Shown here in pieces: positions 48,504 to 61,866 of a stretch of 64,000 nt of DNA. Each line of letters opens with the position of its first letter. The stretch's first letter is position 1. This DNA comes from Rhina ancylostomus. Taxonomy: Eukaryota. The notes beneath the pieces were generated by a model that did not search any database, was not told the origin of the DNA, and was given only the letters and a program-made list of their open reading frames with translations. The translations under genes and the position numbers were made by a program. Where the stretch lies: contig JARFYF010000060.1 of the NCBI GenBank assembly GCA_030265395.1, forward strand, positions 19,575,714 through 19,639,713, given 5' to 3'.

Positions 48504-51500
48504 GTAAGTCTATAAAACATTTATTTGCTTATTTGATAAAATTGCCAAGTAGGACGTTACCAATTGGAGGTAGTATTGGACCTCATTGACTGTTTCTCAG
48601 GTCATCTTCTGGTTCTGAATATTTATTGTGTCACTGTACTGCACTTTCTAAAACACGAGTCCTGAAAATTGGTAGAGTTATTTTAACTTAGAATTTCAAG
48701 TTTCAATCAAAATTGGATGAGAATATAATATTTGCTCCAAGTTACACTTGCCTAACCAGAATTATAAAACGACTACTGTAATGTAATCATCTAGGTAACC
48801 TTAACAAGTGATATTATCTAGAAAGTGCCATTTGTGCATATTTGTTCTATGAAGTGTTAACATAAATTCATTGACTGTGACGTGGTGAAGTGCTGTTTCC
48901 ATTGGCGTGGTTTGAGTTTGAGCTGATGAAGATAGGCACTTGAGAGAATATATAACTGTTCAAATAGCACTCAATTGTAGAAAAATACCGACGTTGCTAT
49001 GGTCATTTTCAGAAAGTCTTAACGTTGTTTTATTTTAATCAGTTAGTGAGCAGTTTTGCAAGGGCACAGTTTTACTTGCTTAGAAAAACCTCCTTCGTAA
49101 TTAAACTCCATAATGTTTTGTTAGCTTTACTGGATCAAAGTGAGCTTGTGGTAAGAGGGAGCCAGTGCTTAATTTGTTGAATGAGAGACGTATTTGAACT
49201 TGGACTTTTCTTAGCATGTTAACACTCTAATTGTGGAGTGGAGAGTGTACTGTCTTTGCTACAAAAATTTGACAGTAGTGAATGACAGTGCACAGGCATT
49301 CAGAAGTCAGTATCTACAATTTGGTTGACAACTGTAGTTTATTTGTGAGCTGAAAATTGTTTTGCAATTACAGTTCCATTCAGGTGGAAATGTTTTCACA
49401 ATGTCTGACTGAAATTTGATAGCTATTCCTGGAAGCATTATGTGCATGTCTGGACACAGCTGCCTTCCAGCATTTGAAAGTTTAAATATTTGAGATGCTG
49501 ACTCTAAATATTTAAACTGTGGTTTTACAAAGTTCTTGGATTGTTTTGTAAACCAGGTTGAGCTTTCCCTTCATGTGATAAAGTTGGGAAATGATGTAAG
49601 ACTGCTTCCTCTGCAGAGTTGCTGCTTTGCCTTGGAATCAACCTGGATTGTAAACACCTATTTACACTCCAACCCTGGTGTTACTGAGCAACGCTAAACT
49701 GAGTTTGAAAACGAGCTAATTTACCATGAGGATGATTGGATGTGCGCCTCAGCTGGATGTATTGCTTCAAATAAAACTTTGAAAACTTCAAAAATATGTC
49801 TGCATTTTTATCCTTATTCTCAGTTAAGGGGCATTTATTGTGACAAATGTAAGCAGCCACATTAGTTTAATGTATTGATACTTTCTCTGAAAGTGATTTA
49901 TCATATGCAAAGAATAAAGGAAACATTGATCTTTGTTTAATTATGCAGTACCTGGTCTCGGAGAACTTGATGTCAAGAGGCTGAAATGGACATTTCCAAT
50001 TCAACTATCATCCCTAGTACAGAGTACAAATTAGAACCAAAAGAAGTTCAGTATAATCAACTTTATTAAATTGAGAACAATATCTGGAAACTGCTCTGTT
50101 GTATGTTTACAGCATGTGACTGAGAATGAACTTCTGTGGTTGTGTGTTTTATCTTAATATCTTAAAAATTGTTGATAAATGTTTTACTTCAATCACTCGA
50201 GACAGAAAAAGGATCTAAATTGTGTTACATAATTTCTGCTTTGAGCTTTCACCTGTTAAGGGAAGTAAAGTTCAGTTAGGTTGCGATGTAGAAAGAGAAT
50301 TGTGTAAGTGCCAGATTATCTATTATGGAGGTCTATTAGTAGAGAGTAGTCTTGCCTCGAAGACTAGGCTAGTGTGCAGAGCCTTTATTTCCCTGGATAG
50401 CTTGAATTCCTTACAGTGGAAAACTATAATGTGAACAAGCCTGGACTTGCTCAGCATGATGTCAGTGTATTAGAATGTATAAGGCTAAATACAATTACCC
50501 ATAAAGTGTATTCATTTTACTTTACAATAAATAAAAAATATATAGAAGTACTGGGTCATTTCTGTGGTTGAGGAATGATCTTTGTGATAGCAAAAATAAT
50601 AGCCTACTATAACCGAGCTTCAGTTTAGTTCCTAACAACCAATTACATATTCTGTTCTCTTGAGATGCATTGTCATCGCATTAGTGTTTGTATGGTGGTA
50701 TTTTTTTCAGTTGACTAATAATGATGGTGAATTCCAAGCTGAGTTTATAATTCCATATGTATTTGAGTGATGTGGTTTCAAAAGACAGTGTAGGGATTGT
50801 AATTTTAAGTTTATATCTGCATTACAAAATATAGCTTTTGCTTGTTTTGAGCACTTGAATTTTTCCATTTTTATTTCTCACTCCCTTCAAGGGTGTTGTT
50901 TTTTATTATTGTTTGATAAAATTGATTGTTTAAATTTTAGTCTCTAAATGCAGCTCAATCAAAATGGGGAGTGTGTCTGTTCAGTGATTTTGCAAGCTAC
51001 AATGTGGAGCTGTGTTGTGTTTTGAAATCTATTTGCTGTGATTTTGAAGGAATTTCTGTGTAGAACCCCTGCCTCTTTTTTTGGCCTTCGTGCTAAAGGC
51101 TGATTTTACCTGTCATTTTAAGGAAGTGGAGGATGTAGTCATTCATGCTATATTCAAAGTTTCACTGGAGTCAAAGTAAGTGTACTGTTAGGAAATGGGT
51201 TCCAGAAATGATCCTGCTAACCTAATGGCTTGTTGGCTCTCTTTTTTTCTGACCCAGCAGCTTGATTCCATGGTGGAACCATTCACAAAATCTCTGTGGA
51301 TGACNNNNNNNNNNNNNNNNNNNNNNNNNNNNNNNNNNNNNNNNNNNNNNNNNNNNNNNNNNNNNNNNNNNNNNNNNNNNNNNNNNNNNNNNNNNNNNNN
51401 NNNNGACATGGCCTCGAATGAATTTCCTCTTCAGAACAACTTTGGCAAATATTTTCATTTTTTTCCACCATTGTCAGGTCACTGATCAGCACATATCACA

Positions 51501-51504
51501 GACA

Positions 51505-52040
51505 TAAGAGCATAAGAAACAGGTTGGAAGAAGGCCAATGTTTTGTTCAAGCCTGCTCCAACATTCTTTAAAATCAAGGCTGATTTAAATCTGAGCCCCA
51601 ACACCGCTTTTCTCTTCTATCCCCATTGTCTTTAGCTTCTTTGGATTTTAAATGTTTATCATTCTCTGCCTCGAATACATCCAATGAGTCCACCTTCACT
51701 GGTGTAGAGAATTTCAGGGTCACAATCCTTTGAGAAGTTTCTGTTCATTACTTAAATTGGCAACCTTTTACTCTGAAACACTTTTAGATGCATGCACTAG
51801 GGAAAACATCCTTTCAGCTTCCATACTGTCAGTGCTCCTTAGAATCTAATATGATTCAGTAAGATTATTGCATTGAGTTTAAAATTTTAAGCTCCATTGA
51901 ACTTGGGTCCAACTTGCACAGCTTGTCTTTATTTGTCAGCCCTTTGATCCCAGGAATCAACTGAGTAACCCTTCTCTGCAGTGCCTCCAAGTATATACTT
52001 AAAACGGAGACCAAAACTGTATGTAGTATCAGGTACTGTT
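51505..52040 (-). mobile_element. CR1-type LINE 3' fragment
   Basis: Minus-strand ORF LEALQRRVTQLIPGIKGL; reverse-complement CR1 tail cataagaaacagg...caagcctgctccaacattc. Confidence 0.75.
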
Positions 52041-52044
52041 GCCA

Positions 52045-52478
52045 GGACTCAAAGGGCTGAGTCATGGAGAGAGGTTGAGCAGTTGGGACTTTTTTCATTG
52101 CAGCATAGGAGAATGAGGGGTGATCTTATAGAGGTGTATATAAAATTATGAGGGGGCAGAGATAGGGTCAATGTGCACAGTCTTCTTCCCAGGGTTGGAG
52201 AAATAAGAACTAGAGGGCATAGATTTAAGGTGAGAGAGGAGAGATTTAATAAGAACCTGAGGGGCATCTTTTTCACCCAGTCAGTGGTCAGTATATGGAA
52301 TGAGCTGCCAGAGAAGTGTTTGAGACAGGTACATTAACAATATTGGACAGGTACATGAATAGGAAAGGTTTAGAGCGATATGGACCAAACACTGGCAAAT
52401 GGGTCTAGCTTAGATGGGAATCTTGGTTGGCATGGACCAGTTCGGCTGAAGTTATGTTGTTTCTATGCTATATGACTC
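52045..52478 (+). mobile_element. CR1-type LINE 3' fragment, opposite orientation to the adjacent copy
   Basis: ggagaatgaggggtgatcttatagaggtgtata (RRMRGDLIEVY), agaactagagggcatagatttaaggtg (RTRGHRFKV), tail tttctatgctatatgactcta. Confidence 0.85.
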
Positions 52479-52479
52479 T

Positions 52480-52645
52480 AATCTTCCAGCATGTCTTTGG
52501 GACAGAGGAACAAACTCGAATGCCTGGGGGAATCCCCTGCTGTCACAGGAAACATGTCTAAACTCCACATGGGCTGCTCCTAAAGTCGAGATTAAATCTG
52601 GGTTTCTGGGAGCTATTGAAGCAGCAGTGCTAATCGTCTCCCTTT
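52480..52645 (-). mobile_element. V-type SINE remnant
   Basis: Reverse complement of the V-domain (gcatgtctttggga...aaactccaca) and tRNA head. Confidence 0.6.
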
Positions 52646-52684
52646 GTATAGCCTCTCAATTATATATTACTACTGAAAAGTGTT

Positions 52685-53208
52685 TAGTTGCATAAGGGAT
52701 CCTTTACTGTGAGATCATTAATTAATCTTGTCACATTACATAATACCAGATCTAAAATAATCTGCTCCCTGGTTGATTCCCTGACCCATTGTTCTGAGAA
52801 CGTGCTAAGTATACTCTGGTCCTTCAGGGTTGTCTTGCCAGTTTGGTTTGTCCAATCTACTTGATGATTAAAATTGCCCATGATTTATTACCTTTTCCTT
52901 GAAGTCCCCAGTATTTTCTTGATTTGTACCCTATCCCAAAGTATTGGGTGTGGGGTGTTCAATATGACCACCACCAGGTCTCCTTTCCTCTACTGTTTCT
53001 TAACTCTATCCAGCTGATTCTACATCCAGTTCTAAGTTGTTGTCATACTTCAGTACTGCAGTCATCTCATCCTTTGCTAAGAAGCTACCCTACCTGTTGG
53101 CCATTCCTGTCAAGTATCCCTGAATATTCAGTTCCTAACTTGCAACCACATATCTTTATTGGCTGACAGATCATGCCCATTTATTTCTATTGTGCCGACA
53201 TCTTGTTG
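52685..53208 (-). mobile_element. CR1 apurinic-endonuclease domain remnant
   Basis: Minus-strand MGNFNHQVDW...EQWVRESTREQIILDLVLCN (GDFN...QYVxEPTRxxAILDLVL motif). Confidence 0.75.
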
Positions 53209-53445
53209 NNNNNNNNNNNNNNNNNNNNNNNNNNNNNNNNNNNNNNNNNNNNNNNNNNNNNNNNNNNNNNNNNNNNNNNNNNNNNNNNNNNNNNNNNNNN
53301 NNNNNNNNNNNNNNNNNNNNNNNNNNNNNNNNNNNNNNNNNNNNNNNNNNNNNNNNNNNNNNNNNNNNNNNNNNNNNNNNNNNNNNNNNNNNNNNNNNNN
53401 NNNNNNNNNNNNNNNNNNNNNNNNNNNNNNNNNNNNNNNNNNNCG

Positions 53446-53446
<1 letters not shown>

Positions 53447-53501
<55 letters not shown>

Positions 53502-53508
53502 ACACACA
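53447..53508 (+). repeat. (CA)n microsatellite
   Basis: About 30 CA units, one interruption, next to a gap. Confidence 0.95.
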
Positions 53509-54636
53509 AAAACTATCTAGAAGGGACTCTCACTAATAGCCCTAGTCCGTAACACGGCTGAGAGGCATACTGCTCAATTTGGGATACTTTGCAGGCACAG
53601 TGGTATTTAAATTTGTGATAATGCACAAGGACAGTAGAAGACTTTGGTGCCATTGATATTATCATTGGATCTGGACAAATTTGAATCAGAAAAGGTAAAT
53701 TTTATATAAGAGGATAGTGAGAATATTGAATCATTTACATGGCAAATAAGTGGCAAAGATGTAGCAGAAATAGCGAATGTCACCAAATTCATATGGGAAC
53801 TGAGTAGATATTTAGGGAAAGGTACAAGGCAGATGAGATAGGAATGGTCTCTTGTACAGTCCCCCCTTCCTATAGAATATTGCTTGTAGATGAAGGTTGA
53901 GTTTGTAAGTGTACAGACTGTATAAGGAAGTCTCACTTATTGGGAGAGCCAATGTAATCTTAAATGAGAACTCTGAACTTTTTGTCCATTAGTCTTTTGG
54001 AGTGCTGTCCCACTGGGAATACAGTTTTGTAAAATAGAAACTTCTGAAGTTCCAATATATCGAAGATGGGTGTTTTTATTAGTTCACAATATAAGTAACA
54101 TTAGGCCAACAAATAAAAAACAGTATTATAGAAGACAGACTTCTGAAGACATACTTGTAACCCTGAATATTCAGCTGCTGGTATCAGAAGATTTATATTT
54201 TGCTTTTATTTGACCAGTTGTACATTTCTGGGCCATATAATAAAACTGGTGGATTAGATTAAAGTTTTAAAACTGAAGTTCATGAACTTAAAATGATGAA
54301 GGCTTATTTTGGTTTTTGATGACATGAAAATTCTGACATCTGTAGCTTAGGTATTTATGGTGGTAAACATAATGACTTTCTACAGGTGACCCCCACATTA
54401 CAGCATAAGGATGAACAAAAATATGCATTATGGCAAAGAAATGTATTTAAGTGGTGGATTTTTTCGGTGATTGTTGCCCTGTGGAATTTTAAATATTCCC
54501 AAGGAATGAATTAGTGAACAGGATCTCCAATAATATGTTTCCTTGGAGGGCACTGTTAGATAGAAATTCATCAGATCAGATTTTAACCACCTATGCTAAA
54601 GGAAACAATCAATATGAAACCATTTCTGTCTTGCAG

Positions 54637-54862
54637 ATAAATCATCAGTAGCTGGGTCAGAGGACGCTGAACCACCCGCACCAGTGATTAAGCCAGTCGC
54701 CAAGCACAAGGTACCACAGGAGCCTATTGTTCGAAAGGGGAGGAGGTCACGGAGGTGTGGGCAGTGTCCGGGCTGCCAAGTTCCCGATGACTGTGGCCAG
54801 TGTACAAATTGCTTGGATAAGCCCAAGTTTGGTGGTCGAAATGTGAAAAAGCAATGCTGCAA
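54637..54862 (+). CDS. KMT2A: KMT2A exon 5 (CXXC zinc finger, unmethylated-CpG binding)
   Basis: ttgcag|ATAAATCA...TGCTGCAA|gtgagt; RKGRRSRRCGQCPGCQVPDDCGQCTNCLDKPKFGGRNVKKQCC with KFGG motif; 226 nt, phase 1 to 2. Confidence 0.97.
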
Positions 54863-55589
54863 GTGAGTAAAGTTTCATGTGAAGGAATTTGATAGTGAGA
54901 GTGGGTTAAATATGTTTCATTTCTGAAATGGTAAGACTTACCTCTCCACTGATTTATCTGAGAAATACTTCACGTGGTTCACAAATGACTTTTAAAGTGT
55001 GGAGCCATTCTGCATAGGCAGTTTTGATTGACATGTTGCATGCAATGTGTGTTCTCAAGCAGTAAAGGAGATAAATGATCAGTTAAGTGGTATAGATTGA
55101 GAGAGGAATTTGTGAAGATTGTGAAGATTTGTTTAGTACCCAGTTTAACAACAATGATGACACAGTATAATAGTTAATCCCTAATTTACATACTGGAGGC
55201 ATTGGATGAGAAATTTAAACATCTGTTGGCAGCAAATTCTTTATGTAGAATGCAGGATAGTTCCAGATTTTATCCCTCTTTATTCGGCTTCGCTAGTCTT
55301 GTTCAGGACTGATGGGCGGCTAAATTTTGTGTTGCGCCACTGGTTAGGCTGGGAATAGTCAATTACAGATTTTTCTCTTGATCCCAATTTATTGAAGTTA
55401 GGTGAAAATTGTATCTATGTGTTTTGATTTAGCTTGGTGTTGAATGATATTGTGGTTTGTTCTGGTTGAATGGCATGCTGGCTTTATCTTGGCCATTCAT
55501 ATGGCTACTTGAAAAGCTTAAAAGCTGCTGGTGTCAACGGTTCCATCCCCAGTAAGAGTCAGTGAAGTTAGGAAAGAAGAAGAAGAATG

Positions 55590-56020
55590 ATAGCATGAAA
55601 GGTATATTAAAGATTTGAGTTTTTTGGGGGATAGTTTTGTCGAGCCAACCAGAGAGCAGGTTCTGCTAGATCTGGCATCGTACAAAATGGCAGGATTAAT
55701 TAATGGTTTCATAGTGAAAGTGCCCCTTGGTAACAGTGATCTTAAGGACAAAAAGCACTTTATTATCCAGATATATTTTCCCTCAGATGGTTTTGAGCCT
55801 CTGGAGCTCTTTCCCTCAAAGGTTGGGGAAGTCAAGTCTTTGACAACTTTTAAGGTGAGGTAGATATAGTTTTGATAAATGAGGGAGTGAATGGTTTCTG
55901 GGCTAGGCTGAATTTTGGGGGTTAAGGTAGTAACCAGGCCAGCCTTTATCTTACTGAATGGCAGAACAAGCTTGAACAATCAAGTGGCCCAATCCTACTC
56001 CTAATTCTTATATTTGTATG
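55590..56020 (+). mobile_element. Internally deleted CR1-type LINE (endonuclease remnant joined to a 3' end)
   Basis: SFVEPTREQVLLDL...KVPLGNSD followed directly by the CR1 3' UTR ...gaatggcagaacaagcttga...cctactcctaattctta. Confidence 0.7.
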
Positions 56021-56417
56021 CATGCAAGATGCAGCAGTGCCATAGGTCAGAGATTTGTTTGTTTCTCCAGGGAATTTTTTTTAATCTTGAGTCATAGAGA
56101 ATAATCAAACCGGAATAGCAGAAGAATCTGCCCTTAACTACAGGTTCTTTTGTCCTTTCAGGCTCCCCAAATATACTTTATATGAGATCAGTGTGTATTT
56201 AGGTATAACATCTGATTTAGAAGGTCACCATGTGATTTGTAGTGTTACTGACTTATTTGGCAAATTCTGTGAAGATGCTCCCATTGAGACAGGCTGTCAA
56301 ATTTGAGACCAAGCTGTTAAAGGTGTAGTGTCTGCAAATTTAAGTGGATGCCAAAGTTCATTAATTTGCTTTCTTTTATGCAATATCTATAATATCTCAA
56401 TACCTTTTTTAATGCAG

Positions 56418-56482
56418 AATGCGGAAATGTCAAAATCTTCAATGGATGCCTTCTAAAGTACCTCCGCCAAAACCAGTTAAAG
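56418..56482 (+). CDS. KMT2A: KMT2A exon 6 (end of CXXC)
   Basis: atgcag|A ATG CGG AAA TGT CAA AAT CTT CAA TGG ATG CCT TCT AAA...G|gtgagt; MRKCQNLQWMPSK; 65 nt, phase 2 to 1. Confidence 0.96.
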
Positions 56483-56724
56483 GTGAGTATTGTCCACAGT
56501 ACAGAGCTATCCAGAGCTGGTAGGTTAAGCTGTGGAATTTGGGAAAAGTTAAAGAAAAATTGAATGCATAAGGAATGACTGTTTGAGTGGGGTATCTGAG
56601 GCACATTAAACTATATTGCATCTTTGGCCACTGCCTTTAGCAGAGTAAAGAGGAATTTGGGTGAGATTGACTAAAATTGTCTCAGTTCATAATTTGGGTT
56701 ATGAATTTTAACTTTGATTCTTAG

Positions 56725-57087
56725 TGAAGAAAAAGGAAAAGAAAACAAAAATACAAGAGCGAAAGGAGGTTCCACCAGAAAAACAGCAGATCGACACCAG
56801 CCATAAAAACTCTCCACAGAATGTTTCACAAGAGCACTTACAGAAAGTAAACCAGATTCCTCATCAACACTGTGACCAGCAGTCTGAGGAAGGCAGCTCC
56901 TCTCCATCTTCTGAAGCTCAGCCACAGGCTATAATGGTTTCACCTCTGCGGAAACCCAGCAAACAACTTCCTCAGCCACTTGAGCCCAGTATGCCTCTGC
57001 AGCCAGGTCACGTGCAATTAAAGAAAGAATCAATCAAGCCTGTGCTGAATGACCCAAAGAAAAAACAGCCACTGCAAACTGAATCAG
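56725..57087 (+). CDS. KMT2A: KMT2A exon 7
   Basis: tcttag|TGAAGAAAAAG...GAATCAG|gtaatc; VKKKEKK...PLRKPSKQLPQP...DPKKKQPLQTES; 363 nt, phase 1 to 1. Confidence 0.9.
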
Positions 57088-58616
57088 GTAATCTGAATAC
57101 GGCAAAGTCAGGTTTGCACGTTTTGTTGCTGGGAGCTCTTGCTCAATTGTATTAGTACTAATTTTATATGAAGCTCCTCCGTCTTTTCTAAAAAGGCACC
57201 AACTCAGTTGAAATAAGCACATTTATTCATATTGCACAGCTTAAACTTCAAGGTGCAGATTTTCATCTGTGCTGGCGCTTTCCTCCACTTCACTCACACC
57301 GTAATGTAGCATAGTGGGCTTGTAGCTTGTGTTCCTACCTATAAACCCTATTCTAAGTTAGATATGGGTTTGATTACTTGCAAGTGTGAGAAGAGGGTGG
57401 GTGGGTGGGGTATGGCAGTGAGTGTGGACAGAGTGACATTGCTTTCAGATCTATCACCCCTACAAGCAGCATTGTGATTTGCTAGCTTGTGTCCTGCAGC
57501 CAAGCACTGCTATGTCATTAAACACACCATGGAACTCATTGACATATGTGTCTTTTGCCAAGGTAAATATCCTCTATTACAGGATGGGATTGGAGAAAGC
57601 TATCCTTGCAGGCACGTACTGGAAGATAAGATTAATTTGTATAGCTCTCCTACTTCCTTTGAAGTGTAGTCATCTTCACATTGCTGGCATAATCATTCAT
57701 CTGAGACAAAATATCTTCCATGCACTCATTCTGTCTGCTGGTGTTCATTGGCGCATTTGGTGTGGGGAAAATGTGCCGTATAATCCAACACAAGGTGGCC
57801 TGTCAGTCGTTGACCTGAAATATATGATACATTTTTCAGTTTATGTTTAATTTCATTCCCTTCTTGTCAGGGGTTCTTGAGCAACATACTATTTCCTGTC
57901 AAAAAGAACAGGCAGACTATTTACCTAAATATTCTAATTTTGGGGTGGATCTTGGGTGACTATGTGGCATATTTCCCTGCCACTACATGGCAGCTCAGCC
58001 TAACAAAGCTGGGCCCCTGCCATGAAGGAAAATAAATATATATGTACACATATCACTTATCAGGGGCATGTGTGTTGGCCATCCCTAACTGACCTTGAGC
58101 AGGTTGGTGGTGGGCTTTTGATTTGTATTATTGCAATCCACCTGGTAAAGGTGCAGCCACAAGGCTGTTGGGAAAGATATTCCAAGATGGAAGGGTGTGT
58201 GACTTGAAAAGGTGATGTTCCTGTGCTGTGCCTAGATTGAGTCACTAAAGCTGGAGTCTTGTTTGATTTCTGTTCCCTCTCCTGGAGTGCTGAGACCATT
58301 CGTAGAGTCCCAAATGCTGCACTGGGTGACATTTTAATTAAACACATAGTGGGACTGGAACCTGTGATCTTATGGTCCATGTGGCTCAGTTATATTATGC
58401 CTTTATAATTTTGGTAATTAGGAAGCTCCATGGTGCCTATATTCATTAAATGTTCCACAAAGTTCCTGACATTTTCAGTCAAAGGCAGCTCTACCTTCTG
58501 CCAGATAACAGGATTTTATTGCATTTATCATATTTAAATGCCTCCTAAAGTGTGAACCTGTTGTCAGTGAAAGGTTCATCTTGGCTTGTCACTTAATAAA
58601 ATCTTTGTTTCCCCAG

Positions 58617-58693
58617 CACTAGAGCTGATCAAGCAGAAGAAACCCCCTGCTCGTTTCAATATTCAGTTAAAAACTAAAAAGCCGAAAGAAAAG
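58617..58693 (+). CDS. KMT2A: KMT2A exon 8
   Basis: tttccccag|CACTAGAG...GAAAAG|gtgaga; ELIKQKKPPARFNIQLKTKKPKEK (human EQSKQKKVAPRPSIPVKQKPKEK); 77 nt, phase 1 to 0. Confidence 0.9.
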
Positions 58694-61600
58694 GTGAGAT
58701 TTAAACTTTCATCCTAGGTTTTTAATTCTTCCTTAAAGATCAACACCAACACATTCTTGTGTACACGTGTTCTCCTAGCATATTCTGGTGACATGAAAAT
58801 TATGCCACTGTATCAAATCTTCTGATGATTGCATTTGCTTAAGATATCTTCTGTAGGTCCCAGATATCAGTTGGTCTTATTACTGTGCTATTCTGTGAAT
58901 AGCAGTACAGTGTCCTAAAACTTTGTTTCATGTTGAGGCCAAAAAGTTCCTTCTGTGTTACTCTGGTTAGATTTCATAATTTAGAATTCCCAGTGCAATG
59001 TAACATTTACTGGGAATTCAGGTATGTGATGGTCAGTGTGCCAGATATTTTTACTGCAATTTTTCATCTGGTAAAGTTATTACAGGTAATTGTGTAGGCC
59101 ACAAGTCAGGTGTGTACTTGCATTTGTAGACCACACTTGTGCTGTTTTGTCCAGGAGCGTCCAATTGTAAAGCTTGTATAGCTGTGCTTCTCTTACCTCG
59201 TAGTCATTTCTTCCCTACCTCCTTTTCTTTTTCATCATGCCATGCACAAGTGCAGTATGTGGTTTAAGAGGACTATTGGATTTCAGCATTGTCCTAGATG
59301 TATGAGAGAAGCCTGTTGTTGATTTTCCTTGGGACTTCATTTGCTACTTGAAGGAAAGCATCATGTCTCTTCCTGATGTCTTCCTTAGTCTTTCCCACCT
59401 GTGGAGAATCATTTGATGCGGTTGGGGAAACTTGTAGTGTTGTTGATTTTGGTTCACGTAGAAACGTTATAGTTTGAAAGGGAGATTACCTTGTTTTAAA
59501 ATGAATTCCCTTATTTCCTCCCCACCTCCTACTTTGTGCAGGTACAATTCCACTAAGGCTGGCAGTTTCCTGGTGCATTGCCAAATGTGCATTTTAATGT
59601 ATGCGAATCCAGACAGTGAGTGCCATAAACTCCTTGACTGTATGGAGCATTACAGACATTTTACGTGATAATTTTCTTTTTACGTTTGTGACAGGATACT
59701 GAGACCATTTGTAGCATCCCAACTGTTGCCCTGGCTGAGAGCAGTTGACAGCACATTCTGGGCCTCTATGCCTTTGTCCAGTACTAAGTAGTGCTTTTAT
59801 CTGTGCGGATAGTTGTGGGTACCTTTGAAATGTAATCCATTATTAGCTACCTTTTTTGAGTTAATTTTACAACTTAACCAGAAACCAAGTCTTGCCTGTT
59901 GGCAAAGTATAGGAAGCAATTGAAGCCAACTCCCCATTATGGAAGATCATGGAGACCAAATCTGTAATTTCTCAGTCTACACTCCAGATCTCCTTGCTCA
60001 CCTCAGGGAGTGCTATTTATTTTTAAAAAATCACCTCAGATTTTATTACTTTCAGTAACATATTTAACTTCTTCAGTGCTATTTAATTGCTAGAGAATTG
60101 GTGATTTCTTTTCAGGTCTTGTTAAAATAGACGAACTGAAACCCCAAAAGCTTATATGTAACGTAAAGGATGTTTACTTTGAGCATTGAAAATTAAGATC
60201 TTTTTTTCATATAGGGTTTCATTGTTTGTAGGACAGTGCTGTTAATGCATCTAATTCCTCTTTTTGCCTTAATTGGGCTTTTTGAAATTGCATTTTTTTT
60301 TTGCAGTCAGTCATGTCTATTTTTATAGGATTCATCTAGTTTAGGCAGAGGATCTCTGACATCTTCATGGTTACTGCTGACTTAGATCCTGAAGTTTGAG
60401 TTCATGCTAAAGAACAGCATGTTATAAATACTCATGCAATTTTCCAGCCTATAAACATGATACTAACTTGTTTTTCCCACAGTGCTTTGAAATAGCTGGA
60501 AGAATTATTCCAATTGTGCTACTTTATCTTACCCATGTATCACCGATTTAGAAAGAAAATGGCAGGGCAGTGGAATTAATTTAGATATTTTTAAGAGTAG
60601 TGCTTCTCCCTTTTATTGAGCATCTTTCTGTCAGGACAGGTTTCTTTCAGCTATTTGCCAGAGCTGCCCCATCATTCTGCGAGCATTTTACAAGTGTGGC
60701 TCAGGTTGATTTTCTGTTCGACATTCCTTTAATCCCTTAGGATTAATGTCTCCTGCAGTTTGGCTCGGGTGAATCAGGGATACTGTACTTGATAAAGTGG
60801 ACCTGAACAATGTCCTACCACTTATGAGGCAGTATATTCATACAAAATCTCAGTAGACTGCCAGGCTCCTTGATGGAAGGTATCTGTTGAGCGGGCAGAG
60901 GGAGTACTGAAAGAGAGCAGAATCAAAAGCATGAAAATTAAGAGGAGAAAACTGAGGCAGAAGAAAGATGAGAACAAGGGACACTGAGAAGAGGATCAAG
61001 AAAGACTGTCAACAAGAAATCATGAATTAGAAAGTTTCAACTGAGATATAAATGCACAGGAGAGTGGAGAAGGAAAAAAGGATGTATAAAAAGTGAGGCA
61101 CAGAAAAAAAAGTCTAGAAGAGAGATGAAATATTAAACTCCGATTGTACTTTACAAGGAGTAAAGCTTCTGTGAGTACTGGAATAATTTTCCAATCTTTA
61201 TCAACCCATTTATTAGAGTCTTAAGATAATCTTTTCTTTCCCTCCTGTTCATTAAGTGAATTAGAATTGGATACCATATGCAATCCCTTGAAAGAGCTAG
61301 TTTTTTGCCAATAATGCTTGCTAACTATTTTTGTTTATTTCTTCTATTAGGAAGGACCAACTCTGATTTAGTTTTATTGCCCACAATCCCATTTTGCTAT
61401 CAGTTTATTGTTGCTCCTAGTAGCAAGGGTTAACGTTAGGGGCATTGATGACAAAAAATGTTAATTCTTTACGGGTTTGGAAGAATGAAGTTTAAATTTA
61501 TTTTTCAAGTAATGCAAAAGGCTACTGCTGATATACTGCCACTGTAATTGGCTTCATACTTTCCTATGTTCAGTATGACATAAGATAGACATGAGGCAAT

Positions 61601-61791
61601 GTAAATGCAAATGAGTGTTCGAGGTTAAATCACCCAATTCCTAGTTAGATCATTGCCTTATGTGTAAGGAACTTTCCATTGGCTTGTTCTGTATCCATTG
61701 AATTCAAGTGGATTGAACTGCATTGGTTACAGATTCATAAGGACCTAGGTGCTTGTCCCTGACAAAGATGATAGGTTATTAATAATTGGGT

Positions 61792-61866
61792 TAGTTTATT
61801 ACTATTAACACAGTTTATTACTAGTTTATTATTAGTTTACTAGTTTATTATTAGTTTATTACTATT
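61792..61866 (+). repeat. Short AT-rich tandem repeat (about 11-bp unit, TAGTTTATTAC/T)
   Basis: Imperfect repeats tagtttattac, cagtttattac, tagtttattat, tagtttac, tagtttattat, tagtttattac. Confidence 0.8.

Noticed and set aside
61792-61866. CRISPR-like or regulatory array
   Set aside because: Simple AT-rich slippage repeat without unique spacers, in a vertebrate intron
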